Shown piece after piece: positions 14,467 through 28,500 of a DNA stretch of 64,000 bases. The notes below the pieces were generated by a model. That model saw nothing but the letters and a program-made list of their open reading frames with translations, was not told where the DNA came from and did not search any database. Every line of letters starts with the position of its first letter. Positions within the stretch are counted from its first letter, which is position 1. A program made the position numbers and the translations under genes. The DNA comes from Azolla caroliniana (taxonomy: Eukaryota; Plantae; Polypodiophyta): positions 4,092,001 through 4,156,000 of the forward strand of contig JBHGNT010000016.1 of NCBI GenBank assembly GCA_043228905.1, read 5' to 3'.

Positions 14467-15519
14467 CAGTAGACATTCGGTTAAGTGCGTGCCCACATAA
14501 GTGCACCATTCTATTAAGTGCGCTTTTTTTAGTGGTCGAAATCCGGATCAAAAAAATTACATTGTTTCATGACGAAATTACATCAAACCAAGTTAAAACT
14601 ATGTTCCAAACATTCAGAAAACAAGGAAAGGAGCTTCTGTGGGTATGTCTATGTGTGTGTTTACGAGTACAAGGACATCCCACAAGTTTAGTCACACAGG
14701 AACCAAGAAGTGTTATGGTAACGAGAGCGAGTCCAAACATTAAGAAAACAACGAAAGGAGTTTCTGTGGGTATGTCATGTGTGTCATGTGTTCTACATGT
14801 GTGTGTGTGTGTGCGTGTGTTACGATTACAAATCTGTGATTTTGATTCTTGATTAAAGAACATAAGCAAAGAATGGAAAACAAATCTTGATGATCATGAA
14901 TATAGTCAAGTTTTGTAGCAATTGGCTGTGAACGTGAGCTCTCCTTCTCCACGCGCAACATATCCATTTGTTCTCCTTCTCTTTCTGTGTGTGCCTGTAT
15001 CACATCTGTGTGTGCTCTTTTCTTGCATGAAGAAAGCCTCTCTCCCTCCTCTCTTTCTGTGCATCTTGTTTAGATGACAAAAGTTGTAGTTGGTGATCTA
15101 TCTGTTGCTCCCCCTCTCTCTTTTTTTTGTCTCCTCCATCTCTACATACTTCAATTCCTCAAACTTGCTGCCACTAGGAAGAAAACGCAAGAAAAAATCC
15201 CATCGCATGATGCATCCAAGGAAGCTCATTAGGTTTGTTGCATAATGGATGTATTTCTCAGATGTAGCAAAAAGACAAATACCATCTAGAACCGAGAAAG
15301 AAATTGAAGAGTGTGTATGGTGAAACTAGAAACATTTTAGGTTAATTTAACACATAAATTGATCACTTTTCTTATAAAGAATTGTATGATTAGCATACAG
15401 AAGGAAAATATTTCAGAAAACCCTAAAAATTTCCAAAAAACCCTAAAATGTTTCAGAAAACCCCTAAGTGCGCACTTCTTCCTTGCGTTCAAAGTGCGCA
15501 CTTAACCGAATGTCTACTG
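14467..15519. mobile_element. Non-autonomous Tc1/mariner (pogo-like) MITE, 1053 bp
   Basis: Perfect 23-bp TIRs CAGTAGACATTCGGTTAAGTGCG (14467-14489) and CGCACTTAACCGAATGTCTACTG (15497-15519), flanked by TA at 14465-14466 and 15520-15521. Subterminal TAAGTGC motifs are repeated. No coding capacity. Confidence 0.93.
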
Positions 15520-15537
15520 TATTTATATAGATTGGAT

Positions 15538-16667
15538 CATAGTATGAACCATGCGTACCATTCGTGTTCGAGAATGATTCAATCATTCGAGAATGATAAA
15601 CACTCTCGAAGAATGATAAATACCATACTTTTGGATAAATGGTTTACTATAAGGTAAACATTTTTTCACGGAAATTTTTTTTAAAAATTGCAAAAAAAAA
15701 ACATATTACCTTCTTAATAACAATATGCTTTTTTTCGTAAATTCTAATAACAACTACCCAAAATGCCTAGTCTCCAAAAAAATCCTCAATGAGGTGTTAC
15801 ATCAAAACGAGCATTCCTAATCTTCATTCAAGGTGATATCATCATCTTCAAAATCATCATCCTCATCTTGTGCATTATCATCAAGATAAGACATCACATT
15901 GGTGAGGCTCTCATTTTCATCAACTTCTTGTGCTTCTTGTTCACTTTGCAACACCAATAATCGTTCTTCATCATTTTCTTTCTCTATCATGTCAATAGTA
16001 ACCTCAATAGGATTGAAACCTCTTTCTTTAATCCTCTTAAGAATACGAAGATTTGTGTGCAAAAAAACCAATTTTTGCACATGATTTGAACTCAATCTAT
16101 TTCTCCTTTTAGTATGTATTAATGAAAATGTACTCCAATTCAGAAATTTCATGATGAAATTTCATCACAGAAATTTCAAAAATTTCATGATGAAATTTCA
16201 TCACAGAAATTTCAGAAATTTCAATCAAAATTTCTGAAATTTTAGTGATGATTGAAATTTCAGAAATTTTAATCATCACTGAAATTTCGTTGATGAAATT
16301 TCATCACAGAAATTTCTGTGATGAAATTTTTGATTTTTTAGCACAGAAATTTTTGATTTTTCAGCACAGAAATTTCATCACTGAAATTAAAACCATATTT
16401 CTACACTAAATATACCTGAAGGTTGAATGCACTCTGCAGAATCGCAAATCGTTTGAGGCTAGGTTGTAGAGGAGAAGAGAGCGTAGCGTTAGTGCAGAGG
16501 AAAAGGGAGAAAAGAGGGAAAAATTGAAAAAAATTGAAAAAAAAATGAAAAAAAAAATGAAAAAAATGAAAAAAAAAACACACGAATATTTGCATATCAT
16601 TCATGTTCGTTTTCCAACGTATGAAAACGAATGATATGGCATACGAACACGAATTTTACGTACTATG
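15538..16667 (-). mobile_element. Non-autonomous hAT element retaining the transposase C-terminal dimerization domain
   Basis: 8-bp TSD GATTGGAT (15530-15537 and 16668-16675). Termini CATAGTA...TACTATG with ATTCGTGTTCG subterminal motifs. ORF 15817-16152 'NWSTFSLIHTKRRNRLSSNHVQKLVFLHTNLRIL' is the hAT dimerization domain plus an acidic tail. Confidence 0.93.
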
Positions 16668-16675
16668 GATTGGAT

Positions 16676-17060
16676 AGAAGAACCCGTTCCTCCCGACCAC
16701 CCTTGAGCTATGATCAAGACATAGCTAGCCTACCACTGAGGTTCTGTACTCATGGATATTAGGATGACTAGTACCTTTCGAATAGGTAACACGATCATCT
16801 AGCCCACACCATTGGGGTCAGCCTTCGGATTTAATGTGTTTTATGAGGGTAGCTAGGCCTCATATTTATACTTATTCCTAGGGCCCTTGAATAGATGTGC
16901 TTTTGAAAAAGACTCTCCATTAATTGGTTTGTAAGATCATGATAGAGAGCATGCAACTATCCTTCCTTCTATCCAATCACATTAGTCCCTTTCTAACATT
17001 AGTGAACATACCCTTCACTTATGTAAATATTTATGACCTACCCTCACCTACATTATGTGT
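16676..17060 (+). mobile_element. LTR fragment homologous to the LTR at 34449-35342
   Basis: Shared text with 34940-35335 (gagctatgatc.agacatagc, tatgagggtagcta.gcctcatatttatac, ccttccttctatccaatca..ttagtcccttt, acctaccctcacc...ttatgtgt). Confidence 0.8.
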
Positions 17061-17758
17061 GCTGTGTGCATATAAAAAGAATGACAAAATACATAGATTC
17101 AAGGAGGAATTATATATATTGCACTAGATAATTGCGATTTGTTTTCTTCCTTATTCACTCATCTCTCTCTCTCTCTCTCTCATACAAAATGTGCAACTTA
17201 TATGTCCTCAATAGTGGATCACTATCCTATTATTGAGCTTTAATGACCTATTTCTGAGACACATCACCGTTTGTCATATTATCATATACTAAACTAGTCC
17301 ATCATTCAATCTCATGTGAGTACTTGCGGCAGAATGTGGAGTCCAATAATCCCTGTTTGTATCTTCTTAGACCACATGTGTTTACAACCTCATGAAATAT
17401 CAGATCTTGTACAACGATTCCAAAATGTCAATAGTTCTTCTTTGGGGTAGCCAGCATAGTAGTAGAATCTTGCTACTTTCATTGGCCCGAGTAGTGCCCC
17501 AAATAAAATGAAATGGAAGTGAAACTTGGAGGGAATACTAATGGTTTTGAGTTGATGCACTACTGATGTCGTGTTGTGGCACATGCGTTTGGAAACTGTG
17601 GCCGTAGAGCAGCACGGATTTCTTTTGATCGGCCGGCCGACCGACATAGATGTCACCCCAAGTCTTATTTCACTTCATCCACGTGGCTAGTGCATCCACG
17701 TGGGATCGGGTCCACGTCATCGAGTGGAACGTGTCCACGTCATCATCGAGTTGAGATG

Positions 17759-17760
<2 letters not shown>

Positions 17761-17804
<44 letters not shown>
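17761..17804 (+). promoter_or_regulatory. (AG)22 tract in the probable promoter/5'UTR of the BPC gene
   Basis: Perfect AG repeat just after a CpG-richer segment with ACGT-core motifs (CCACGTGG ~17679, CCACGTC), at the start of an AT-rich intron-like stretch leading to the BPC CDS. Assignment to the BPC gene is an inference. Confidence 0.5.
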
Positions 17805-17810
<6 letters not shown>

Positions 17811-20800
17811 GAAGAAACGACAGAGAGAGAAGATTGAAGAGAGACAGAGGTTTCATGGCAGCTCAGGTGTCGCGGAGCAGTTAATTGACTGTGTGTGTGT
17901 GTGTTTGTTTTGCTCTGCAAACTACACATTTCCCGTTTCTTTGTGGAATGCTGGACGAACTCGTTTTTAACTATGTTTATTGTCTCAGATCCAGATCCTC
18001 AGATCATGGCGAACAAACCCAATTTTACAATATTACCAGGTTCTCTCTCTCTCTCTCTCTCTAACCTAACACATTGCTGTGACAATGTTTCTGCTGTTTG
18101 TCGCTGTTGCTGTATGGTAAACAAATCTCTCAAACAGTTTGATCCATGGTTTCGAGCCTATCATAGAACTATTTTGTAAACTCAAAAAACAAGAAACACC
18201 GTTTGTTAGCTTCCCTGTAAACATGTTTTCTTGCATTGTTTTCAAACATCTAATTCTTTAACAAAGAATAAGGCTCTAGTGCTATCCATGTTTCATTCAA
18301 TGTTTCAAATGTAACAAATGAACCTCTACCCTTGAAATCTTCTGATTTTTCTAGGAATTGTTTGTCTTGCTGATAATGTCGCAAGAACCCATTTGTCAGT
18401 ATGATGATGGCCCAACAAGTCTGCTTGAGGGGGGTCAGGACACCTGGCATTCCTCAAATATGTTGCTTCCTTGCATCCCATATGCAATGGTTATGTGAAT
18501 AAATATATGTTTCCATCCCCATTGGTTGCCCATCTTGGACCATGGTCAGGGAACGTGATCCACCTCCACATTAACCAAATTGCCTTGGATATTCAGGGTT
18601 GGGGATTTTTCCTTCTTTTGCAGATGGTGGCTGTATGTAACCATGCATAAAAGTTGAAATATTACCTCGTACTGGTGTCTTGAAGGCAGGTTCTTTTGAA
18701 GAAGTCACTTGTTTTGTTCCTTGGAAGATTTTTTGAGTACTTCCTAACTGATCTTGTATTATGGTCCGTCGAATCTATGAGGCATGTCAAGTGTAGTTCT
18801 AAACAGCATGTTCTCACTATCTTCGTATTCTTCCAATATTCCTTTTTCAACATCGTGAGTTGGAATTTTCAACTCTATCTATACTTTTTGTCTTGCTTGA
18901 ATTATGCTCTAACTTCTGAAGATGTATTGCGAATGAACCACAAGCCTAGCACCTTCAGAAAGGTGATGGTGGTCCTGATAATTAGACTGCATAAACCAGC
19001 TTGAACAACGTTGAGGTGGTGTTAACTTGTTTATGCTTTATCATCTTTGACCCACTTTTTGATAACTATTAAGAATACTTGAAGCCAGAGAGGGTAAGGT
19101 AAGTGAAAACCTTGGCACCTCGCTGGTATTGTTCGTATTATTCCAACAAAATCGGGTATTTACAATAGCAATCACGGTCCCAGCCCAGTCTCTCTTCGAA
19201 GAGTGAGCATGACTCCACAGTTGAGCTGCAAACATCCAACATTTGGAACTCTAATTGACATAAACCTTAATTTCTGTAAGGTAATGAATAGACACAAGAA
19301 ACTTTGTCTCCTCAGAAGTCCTATTGACCAAGAAAGAAGATAAAAGGTCCAAAAATTCTACAGAAAAAACAAGGAGAGATTGCTGCCCATTTCATAAGTG
19401 TCATCTCTTTTGAAATTTCTCACTTTTGTGTCCCATACCACTTTCTTATGTTAGAAACTGTAATAGTAGGGAACATAAAAGCAAATCAGTTTTTTCTGAC
19501 ATGAGTTAGCTGTTAAATTATAATATGCCACTTCTTTTTCTCGGTTTCAGATACAGCTTCATAATTATTAGCATTAGTTTTTTTATCCCCTGGGTACACA
19601 ATTGTCCAGTTCTAATTCCATTCACCTATTTCCATTGTGTTGGATATCACCACTCCCAAAACAATTATCGAAGTGAGCATATATACTGAACCCAGACCCT
19701 AGGTTGTGATACCATGCTAGAATTGACCTCATTCTCTTACAATAACTGCTGATATGCAAATGCTAAACTTCAAAACACATACAAATGCCTTAATCCACAG
19801 GTATCTATAGGTACATGACACAACGGCTAGAACAAACCTCGTTCACACATGACAATTGCTGATATACACACTAAACTTCTAAATATATACAGTTACTTTA
19901 ATCCATATGTATCCAGATTCCAATAAATTTGAATGGGTTCCAATTTTTCAATACCATTTCATCAAATACTTTGGGTTATCTTACTCCACAGGTAATTCTT
20001 TCCTACCAATGTGCTGGGTCAATTAATTAAATGTGCAAGTGACAAAACAATCATTTAACAAGTACCAAATTTCTGGTCTTGATTTGCATGAAATGTCTTT
20101 TCAAATGGTGCCAATAGCGAAACAAAGAATTACTGACATTTAATTACATTATTTGTTTTGTTGATGATATCTTTGTATGTGGTCTCCAAGTTTTCCAATT
20201 GAATGTGTATTGATTTGAAATACAAACATTTTTAAGCGATTAAAATGTGTTTCTTCATGCTGAAGTTTTTTTATGTAAAAAATCTATGCAAGAATGAGAA
20301 AACACATGGGAATCACCAGATCAATAGAAAAAAAGGTTTATATACCTCTTATTATGTAGAAAAGTTTGGTTTGATGTAGCATAGAGCAACAAAATAAGTT
20401 TTTCTCTGAAATATAAAACAACACATTAGTGCTAAAAAAGAACTGTAAGAGAAAACAAATGTTGTAGGAATTGAGAACTGAAGTATATGGAAGAAAAATA
20501 AAATGTTATGCTGATTTGTTTTTGCGGGAGTAAGAATTATTATATACGTGCATGCATGTGTATATTCTTGATAGTTATTATTATTATTATTATTATCTCT
20601 TTTTGACTATGATCATAATACACATGTGAATGCATATCTGTGTGTATATATGATTTCTTGATGATTTTCTTTCTTTTCATCTGTCTGTCTCTGTTTTTCA
20701 ATCTTTCTAGAAGAAGCTATGGATTTTAAAATGTACAAGGGCTTTCCTAACAACTTTATCTCTTCAAAGAAGTCATACTAAAAAGGAAAAACATCCTTGT

Positions 20801-23308
20801 CTTTTCTATGCTTGCATTATTCTTAATTTCTTCTAGCATCAATCATGTAGAGAGCTCCTTGAGGTTTGGACATTCTTCACCATGTAAAACCATTAATTTT
20901 GAGATCGTGTATAGGGCCAAAGACCAAAGAATCATAGCCTGTGAACCCATTCCTCATTCTGTACATGATGCTAGTAATTTATTTGCTATATAAATTTGAT
21001 AATTTAGTAATAAACTCAATTACCACATATGTAAGTGTACATGGCTATTTTTTCTTGCCAGAGACTCATTACTTGATTATCTCTAGAAGTAAGGTGATTT
21101 TATGTGTTTGAAGTACGCCTGATGATTGGAGTTACGACCCAGGTCCAACATGCAGGTTTAGTTGGAGTGAAAAGCGTCACTATGGAATGATAAAATAAAA
21201 AATTGAACTGGACGATGGTGAATCCCAAGGGTAAATGTTAATATGGTCATTAACATGAAGGGTTTAGGATTTCAGAAGCTTGGTTTTAAGCAGAGGGTTT
21301 AGGGTTGTTTATTCACTCTTGGGGGTCCGTGTGCAAAAACCTATATAGCGACTTGCTGAAAAAGCTTCTAAACTCCAAGCTTTAGGGACGTGGGTATAAT
21401 ATTCTGTTAAATCTTCTAAATTCTTACACTCTTCCCAAACATACTTTTAAGTATTATGAGTTGGGAAAAAGCTAGTTATTGGTAAAGATGTTAATCACTA
21501 TCCTTGAAGATTATCGTGCTAGATTCAGTGCACTTCTTGGTAGTCTTGAGAAGCATATAATCCAGAAATTTGGCAATGTCTGAACTGTATGACTGATTGC
21601 AAGGAAAAGAACACAGCATATGGCAAAGGATTTGTTATTTTATGACCTGGGATGTATTTTCGTGCATTGATGACATGAATTAATATGTTCTTTGTTATCT
21701 TGCAATTCTTGAGCTAGGCACTTCATGTTAAGTTTGCATATAATTTCCTTACTCCTTATGCGTAGTTCATGTTGATTTCCTCAAAAGGACCTGTTTTCTC
21801 AAGAATTATATGTCAAGACTTTCCCATTTATAAATTTACTTTGATAGACCTCTTTTATTTGTTGCTTTATACTCCCCATGATTCCTATCACTTCCACTGC
21901 AGGCATGGGTGTTTTAGTAATGTTGGTACTTATAATTAGGCTAGTTAGCAGATTTTGATGGATTTCAATACAGGTAATACGAGCTATATTTCTTTGCCAA
22001 AAAGAAAGATACAGATTAAATTTGCACTCAGTTCTTCCTGTGTGCATTTTGCATTTTGTCTATTTTGACTAGAACTCCCTTTTTCCTTTCTACTTTTTCT
22101 TGCTCTTGTTTGTTTCAGAGAAAGTATGGGTTACATTAACTGTGCGAAAAAATACTTTGGAATCACCACTTCGCCCAATGATTTCCATTTCTGCACAAAA
22201 TGAGCTATTACAAACTGGAAGAAAATCAAGTACCCAAAAGAGGTGCAATGAAAAACATACAACAAATTAGCACCCAAAACAATGCAACCAAAATATAACT
22301 GAGAAGATAAAGCGAATTGGTGTAACTCCCCAGAATCCCCAGAAATAGCCTAATTCATGAGAACCAGTTGAGTCTAGAAATTGAAGCATCATCCTCCATA
22401 ATGATTGAAATAATTCATAGATCTTTCTCTTTCTCTTCTTTCAAGGTTTTCACTTATAAAGGTTTGGAACATTATTCTACAGCTTTTGTCATTTCAGTGA
22501 TAGTTGTCAGAAACCAACATAAAATAACTAAAATGTCAAATGGGTGAAATGCCTGAAATATTTCACCAGCACTGTAATGTTTTGCCCTGTCATCGATTTT
22601 TTTGGAAGTGTTTATCTAGCAAAGGTTGATGATTTTCAGTCTAAAGAAATATAATGTAGTTTAAGTTATGTAGATGGATATGTGAAGTTCATGTATTAAT
22701 GAGGAGAACCAGCACTGAAATGTTTTGCCCTGTCCTCAATTTTTTCGGAAGTGGTATCTTCAGCCTAAAGAAATATCATAAACTTGAGTTATGTAGGTGG
22801 ATATAAGAAGTTCATATATGAAGGATTAGATAATGAGGTCAGATGTTGCATGATAATGGCCTCAAAATCTGCATAATAAGTGCTATGTTCTTTGGTGTGT
22901 CTATAGTATTTTAAGTATATGAGTGGTCATTTCTAATGAAAGATATGCAAATTTTCATGTAGATCAAAGTTCAAATTTGGAACTACATCTGTTCTAAAAG
23001 GTTTATATGGCGCTTGACCAAAGAGCCAATACAAAATAGGCTTCGGCCTTGGCCCTTGGTAATTGTAACTTGTAAGTCCTTTGTAACTGATTCTCTATTG
23101 CATATTAAACAGAATCTTCCCTTATCTTCACAGCAATTTCGAATCTCATACTTCTCTCATGGTTCAATTGTAAACTAAAAATTGTTCTAAATTTGGGTTG
23201 TATCTTTGCTTCCAGGGTTTTCCAGGATCTCCTATGGAAACATAGTTTTCAAGTATTCAAGTCATCACTAGTAATTAATAATATCTATCCAAGTAATACT
23301 TGTTCCTA

Positions 23309-24241
23309 ATGGAAGATCTTTCAAAGATGGAGCTTCGACATTGGGCCAACTTTGATCAAACATATCTGAAAGACTTTTTTAGAGATCAACCATCCACAAA
23401 ACTGGCAGAAGTGATGGCTGAACGAGATTCTGCAATTGCTGAAAGGGATGCAGCGAGAGATGAAAAGAAGACTGCGTATAGTGAAAGAGATGTGGCTTTG
23501 ATGCAGAGAGACTTGGCATATGCAGATAGAGATGTAGCATGGGCAGAGCGTGATGATGCCCTGGCAGCTCTATCAGAAATGCAGATTAATGCTGATGATG
23601 AAAATGCTGCAACGCTCATGCAACTTGTTCACTTTGCAATGAATAGGCCTCCATCAGGCTCCAACTTAATGTGTTTACCAAGTAATGATTGTGAGATTCA
23701 TCACAGCAATCTTGTAGCAACCAAGTCCAGAGCCAAGAAAGTAATGCAGCAGGATAAGAAATTGTGTAAAGAGTTTAATGTGAAACAAAAATCTGGTGGC
23801 GGAGCTATAAACACAACTAAGAAGGGATCCAAATCTTCGTCGAGGAAGAGACGGAAATCACCAGCTCAGATGGAAACAGGTAACAGATCAGAGAAGGTGA
23901 AGCAAAAGGATGTGTTCAAATGTGTTGCTTATGTGGCACCACATAATTTATTATCAATCCCTATCCCGTTTTGCTCGTGTACGGGGAACAACCAACAGTG
24001 TTACAGGTGGGGTAGTGGAGGCTGGCAATCAGCATGCTGCACCAACTTTGTTTCCTTATACCCACTACCAATGAACCAGGCAAAACCAGGATCAAGACTA
24101 GCTGGTCGGAAAATGAGTGGTGGTGCATTCAAGAAGCTCTTGGATAGACTAGGATGCATTGGCATAGACATAACCAAACCTGTTGACTTGAAGAACCACT
24201 GGGCAAAACATGGTACCAATAGATATGTGACCATTAAATGA
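23309..24241 (+). CDS. BPC6: BBR/BPC GAGA-binding transcription factor, class II (BPC4/5/6-like)
   Basis: N-terminal alanine-zipper coiled coil ([28 protein letters not shown]), a basic NLS, and the C-terminal BPC domain ([27 protein letters not shown]...[11 protein letters not shown]...[18 protein letters not shown]). First ATG at 23309; AG acceptor of a 5'UTR intron at ~23215. Confidence 0.95.
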   Translation: MEDLSKMELRHWANFDQTYLKDFFRDQPSTKLAEVMAERDSAIAERDAARDEKKTAYSERDVALMQRDLAYADRDVAWAERDDALAALSEMQINADDENAATLMQLVHFAMNRPPSGSNLMCLPSNDCEIHHSNLVATKSRAKKVMQQDKKLCKEFNVKQKSGGGAINTTKKGSKSSSRKRRKSPAQMETGNRSEKVKQKDVFKCVAYVAPHNLLSIPIPFCSCTGNNQQCYRWGSGGWQSACCTNFVSLYPLPMNQAKPGSRLAGRKMSGGAFKKLLDRLGCIGIDITKPVDLKNHWAKHGTNRYVTIK

Positions 24242-25509
24242 TTGTCACCAATATTAATAGATGTATAAATATATCTGGTTAATGATATGATCAATGGTGA
24301 CAATGCCACGCATGTATGATACTCTTAAGGTTGATCTTTATTGATGCTGTAACTTTAGGTTCTGGATATACTATGATGTCCTTGGCTGTTTGTGGAATTG
24401 GTTAATACTTTAAGCTGTCTTCATGGGCTTGGACTGAATGTTTGATGGTTTATGTGATTTATTAATAGATATATGCTACTCTTAATACTTTTTGAGATTC
24501 TGCAATGACGCATACAACATTTGTAAATCTAGGTACTAGTATCTTTGTTGCTTTGTGAGGATATTGTTGATAGTATTCTCAAGGAGAATAGCCAAGAGTT
24601 TGTAGAGGAAACAATTACTGCAATTATGGAGGAAGTTGCCTCTGTTCACAGTCTCCTCTCAAGGACCGTTATGGAAATATCATCACCCCTGGTCCTTGCC
24701 ATGACCACTTCTTTTGTATATAATATTCTCTTAGTTTACATTTTTGTAGCCCTCCGGCGCTTTTCTTAATACTAATGAAGGAAATCTTTTTGAAAAAAAG
24801 AAAAAAGAAAAAAGAAAAGTCAGGAGTTTGACCAATAGCAAATATGAACTTGGTTGACGTGATGCTTGATATCATTGGCTACGTCTTAGTTATCCTTGTC
24901 TTTGATGAATCATGAAAGTGCAATAATTGGTGAAAGCATCCCATTAATGGAATATGCAAAATGCCTAAATTGGTATAGATTGCAAGGAATCTTCCAATAC
25001 ATTTATGTGATAAGATTACCTTGGCGTGTTTTGCAATGGTTTGTCACCTTGCATGCATTTAGATCTCGTGTACATAAACATTGAATAAACATTTGTTAAA
25101 ATGCCCCTTGTAACTTGTGTAAGGATGACATAGAAACAATGCACGAACTTTGCGTTAAAGATGCCAACTATGTGGATGCATAGCTTTGTGTCATCTACAT
25201 CTTGAATGATCTTGTTGAGGAATTGCGCACATCCAAAATACTTTAGAAATTGAACATGTAAAGTTGCACATGGAAGCAACATGCTTGATCCATAGGGTAT
25301 GAAATGAATCTCAACTCCACAACAATTGTATAGAGGGCAAGATAATCATTTGTAGAGAGGAAGTAGTTCAATAGAGTTGGACCGTTGCGAAATACACATG
25401 CTTGGAGTAGAACCACTAGGGATTTGACCCAAGAGGGATACTTTGTATACTTAGCACAGACCCATCGACCGTTTGAGCCAAGACTAAGCATTTCATTTTA
25501 CCTCACCCA

Positions 25510-28500
25510 TGTTGAGATATAGGATCGGAATCGGCTGACTACCATCGGCTGACTACCAAGTTTACCACTATCCACTTAGGAGTCTTTCCGTCAAACAAAA
25601 GACACAACACATGCTACAAATAGAAAAGTAAATACAAAGACACACAAATTTAATGTGGAAAACCGTAATCGGGGAAAAACCACTAGAGTTCACTGACTCC
25701 AATCAACAATCAACAGATCTCACTATGGCAGAGTGTATATAGACAGTTTTCACCCCCCCAGATCACTAGGGAATACCAATGTTCTCAAGGCCACAACCTT
25801 GGCCCGACCTTCATTTCACAAGACAGAAAATTACAACAAACGATCGAGAAAACACAGAACAAAGCACCTAATATGTCAAACAAGAAGTTGCTTTCAAGTG
25901 AGGACCTGTCCGATTTGTCAGCAACTACATGCAAGACCCTCTGCCACTTTAGCACTCATCTTTCATTCTCGTTCTCTTTGCTCACAGTCAGTTGTTTTGC
26001 ATAATACATGCAATACACTGTTCTACATACAACATCCACTAGGGCATATGCATATGCATATATATATATATATATTTGTGCGTGCGCGTGCGTGTGTGTG
26101 TAAGATGTATAATTTACATCTTTGACCATGACCCGATTGTAACGACTCTTTGTCATAAGCCGAGTCGGCTTGTAGCCGACAATTGACACTCAACCGACAC
26201 TCAACCGACTCCTAGTCAGCTATTGGCACCTGGTTGGCTTCTGGCCCTCAGGTGACTAGGAGCCGGCTTTTGGCCCTTATCCCATAGGAGGGACATCAAT
26301 ACATAACAAACTCCAACTTCATTCCTATATGGGAGAGTCAGTCAGGCCTATCCTCAGCAGGCAAGCATTTAGTTTGTCCATAGACAAGACTTTTGTGAGC
26401 ATATTTGATCCATTTTCATCGGAATGGATCTTTACTAGAGCAAATTCATTTTCATCCACTCTCTCTCATAGCCAATGATACATTCTTTGTATGTGCTTGG
26501 TCCGAGAATGGTAGACAACATTCTTTGCAAGGTGGGTGGCACTTTGATTATCATAGTGAAGTAGTTTGAGGGTTAAAGCATGTGAAATGGAAACACTATT
26601 ATAGTTAACATGTAGCTAAAATGACCACAACTAAGTAGTTTTTTCTTTAGCTAATAGTTAGTGGGAAAATCTTAAAGATACATATCATTTATAATGGGGA
26701 GGGAAATATTACCATTTATGGTGCACATTTTAGTTGGTCTTTATTTGAGGTCACATTTTGATAATCCCTAAAATTGCCAAAATATGCAAATTACATGCAA
26801 CTTTTTGCATAACTAATTAGTTATGTCAGGGACACAACTAATTGTTCCCATTCCCATGTTTTAACACAAGAATTTATCTTGCCTCAATCCTAGCTCACTC
26901 ATAAAATCCCACATCCATACCAGATCCTTGCTGACCTCAACCGTAGCCATATACTCAACTTCTATGGTCGACAAAGCCACAACCTTTTGCAACCTAGATT
27001 GCCATGGCACGACTCCCCCTGCAAAGGTCATTATATATCCTGAAGTAGATGATTGGTATTAGCATCACCCCACATATAAGAATTTATGATCCCCTATGTT
27101 TGTTTGTCTGTCCCTCCCCCCCTCTCTCTCTCTGAGTACAACAATACAACAACAACTCCTTTTAGGTATCTGAGTATCCATTTTACTGCCCAATGCTCCT
27201 TTCCAGGATTGCACCTTTCCATCAACATATGCAATGTCCGGCCTGGTATGAACCACAACATACATTAAGCTTTCCATGACTGAGGCATATGGCACCTTCC
27301 TCATCTCCGCCTTATCCTTCTCATTTTTTGGACATTGACCAGAATTTAGCTTGTAGTTTGTTAGTAGTGCTGATCCAACAAGGTTTGCATTTAGCATGTT
27401 GAATCTTTGCAACACCTTTGTTACATACTTTTCTTGTGACAACCACATGTTTTTAGTCATGTCTCAGACTATACGCATCCCCAATATTTGCCTTGTTAGA
27501 CCCAAATCTTTTATTGTGTAGGATTTTCTTAGAGCCCTTTTCAAGGTCACAATTTTCTTGGCATCCTGTCCAACAATAAACATATCATCTACATACAATA
27601 GGAGAATAAGAAAATCTCCTTCATCATACCTCTTCACAAAAACACAATGATTGGCTTATGTTTTGTGGAATCCATGAAGGACTCAAACTTTTTATACCAA
27701 TGTCGAGGGGCTTGTTTCAACCCATACAAGATCTTCCTTAGCCGGCACACAAGTTTCTCCTTTCCTTTCACCTCAAAGCCTTCAAGCTGTTGCATATGGA
27801 TCTCTTCTTCCAATCCACTATGTAGAAATGTTGTATTTACTTCCAACTATTCTATTTCCAGATTCATGTTGGCTGTTATGCTCAACACAGTCCAGATGAA
27901 TGCCATTTTTACTACTGGAACAAATTTCTCATCGAAGTCTACGCCCTTTTTATGCTAGAACCTATTCACCACAATGTGGGCTTTATATCTGGGTGGACTA
28001 TTATTTTCTCCAGGTTTCAATTTGTAAACCCAACGTTTGTTTCTAAGTGCCTTCTTTCCCTCAAACAACTCTATCAGCTCATAGGTGTGGTTCTCATGCA
28101 AGGAATCCATCTCATCTTGCATGGCACTATACCACTCCTTGATGTGTGCATTCGACATAACTTCTTCAAAGCATTCCAGCTCCCCTTCATTAGTCAATAA
28201 GACAGATTCTCTACCTGGATATCGAGAGGGTGCCTGTCTTTGTCTCAAGGGATATCTCCTTCCCTCAACAACCAACTCTGGTTCGGTTGCTTCTGTTATC
28301 GAAATTGGATTTGGTTGCATCGACCGATTGCTGTGTGTTGGTCGTCTCAGGTTTCGTTGCATCGGTCGTCTATGTAAGCCTGGAATCGGCAAGTGCCGAA
28401 TCAATGCCAATAGCTGGCTGGGAGGACGACCCTAGATGTTGTTGTTTCCATTTTTCAATCGTCTTGTCCTCAATGAATACAATATCACGACTCCTCACCA

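Noticed and set aside
21255-21310. Telomere-like GGGTTTAGG motifs in the BPC leader (telobox/PRE idea)
   Set aside because: Only one or two imperfect units and no exact TAGGGTTT telobox, so too weak to call.
24545-24769. Short acidic ORF downstream of BPC
   Set aside because: No recognisable domain or convincing exon chain, so it cannot be supported as a gene.
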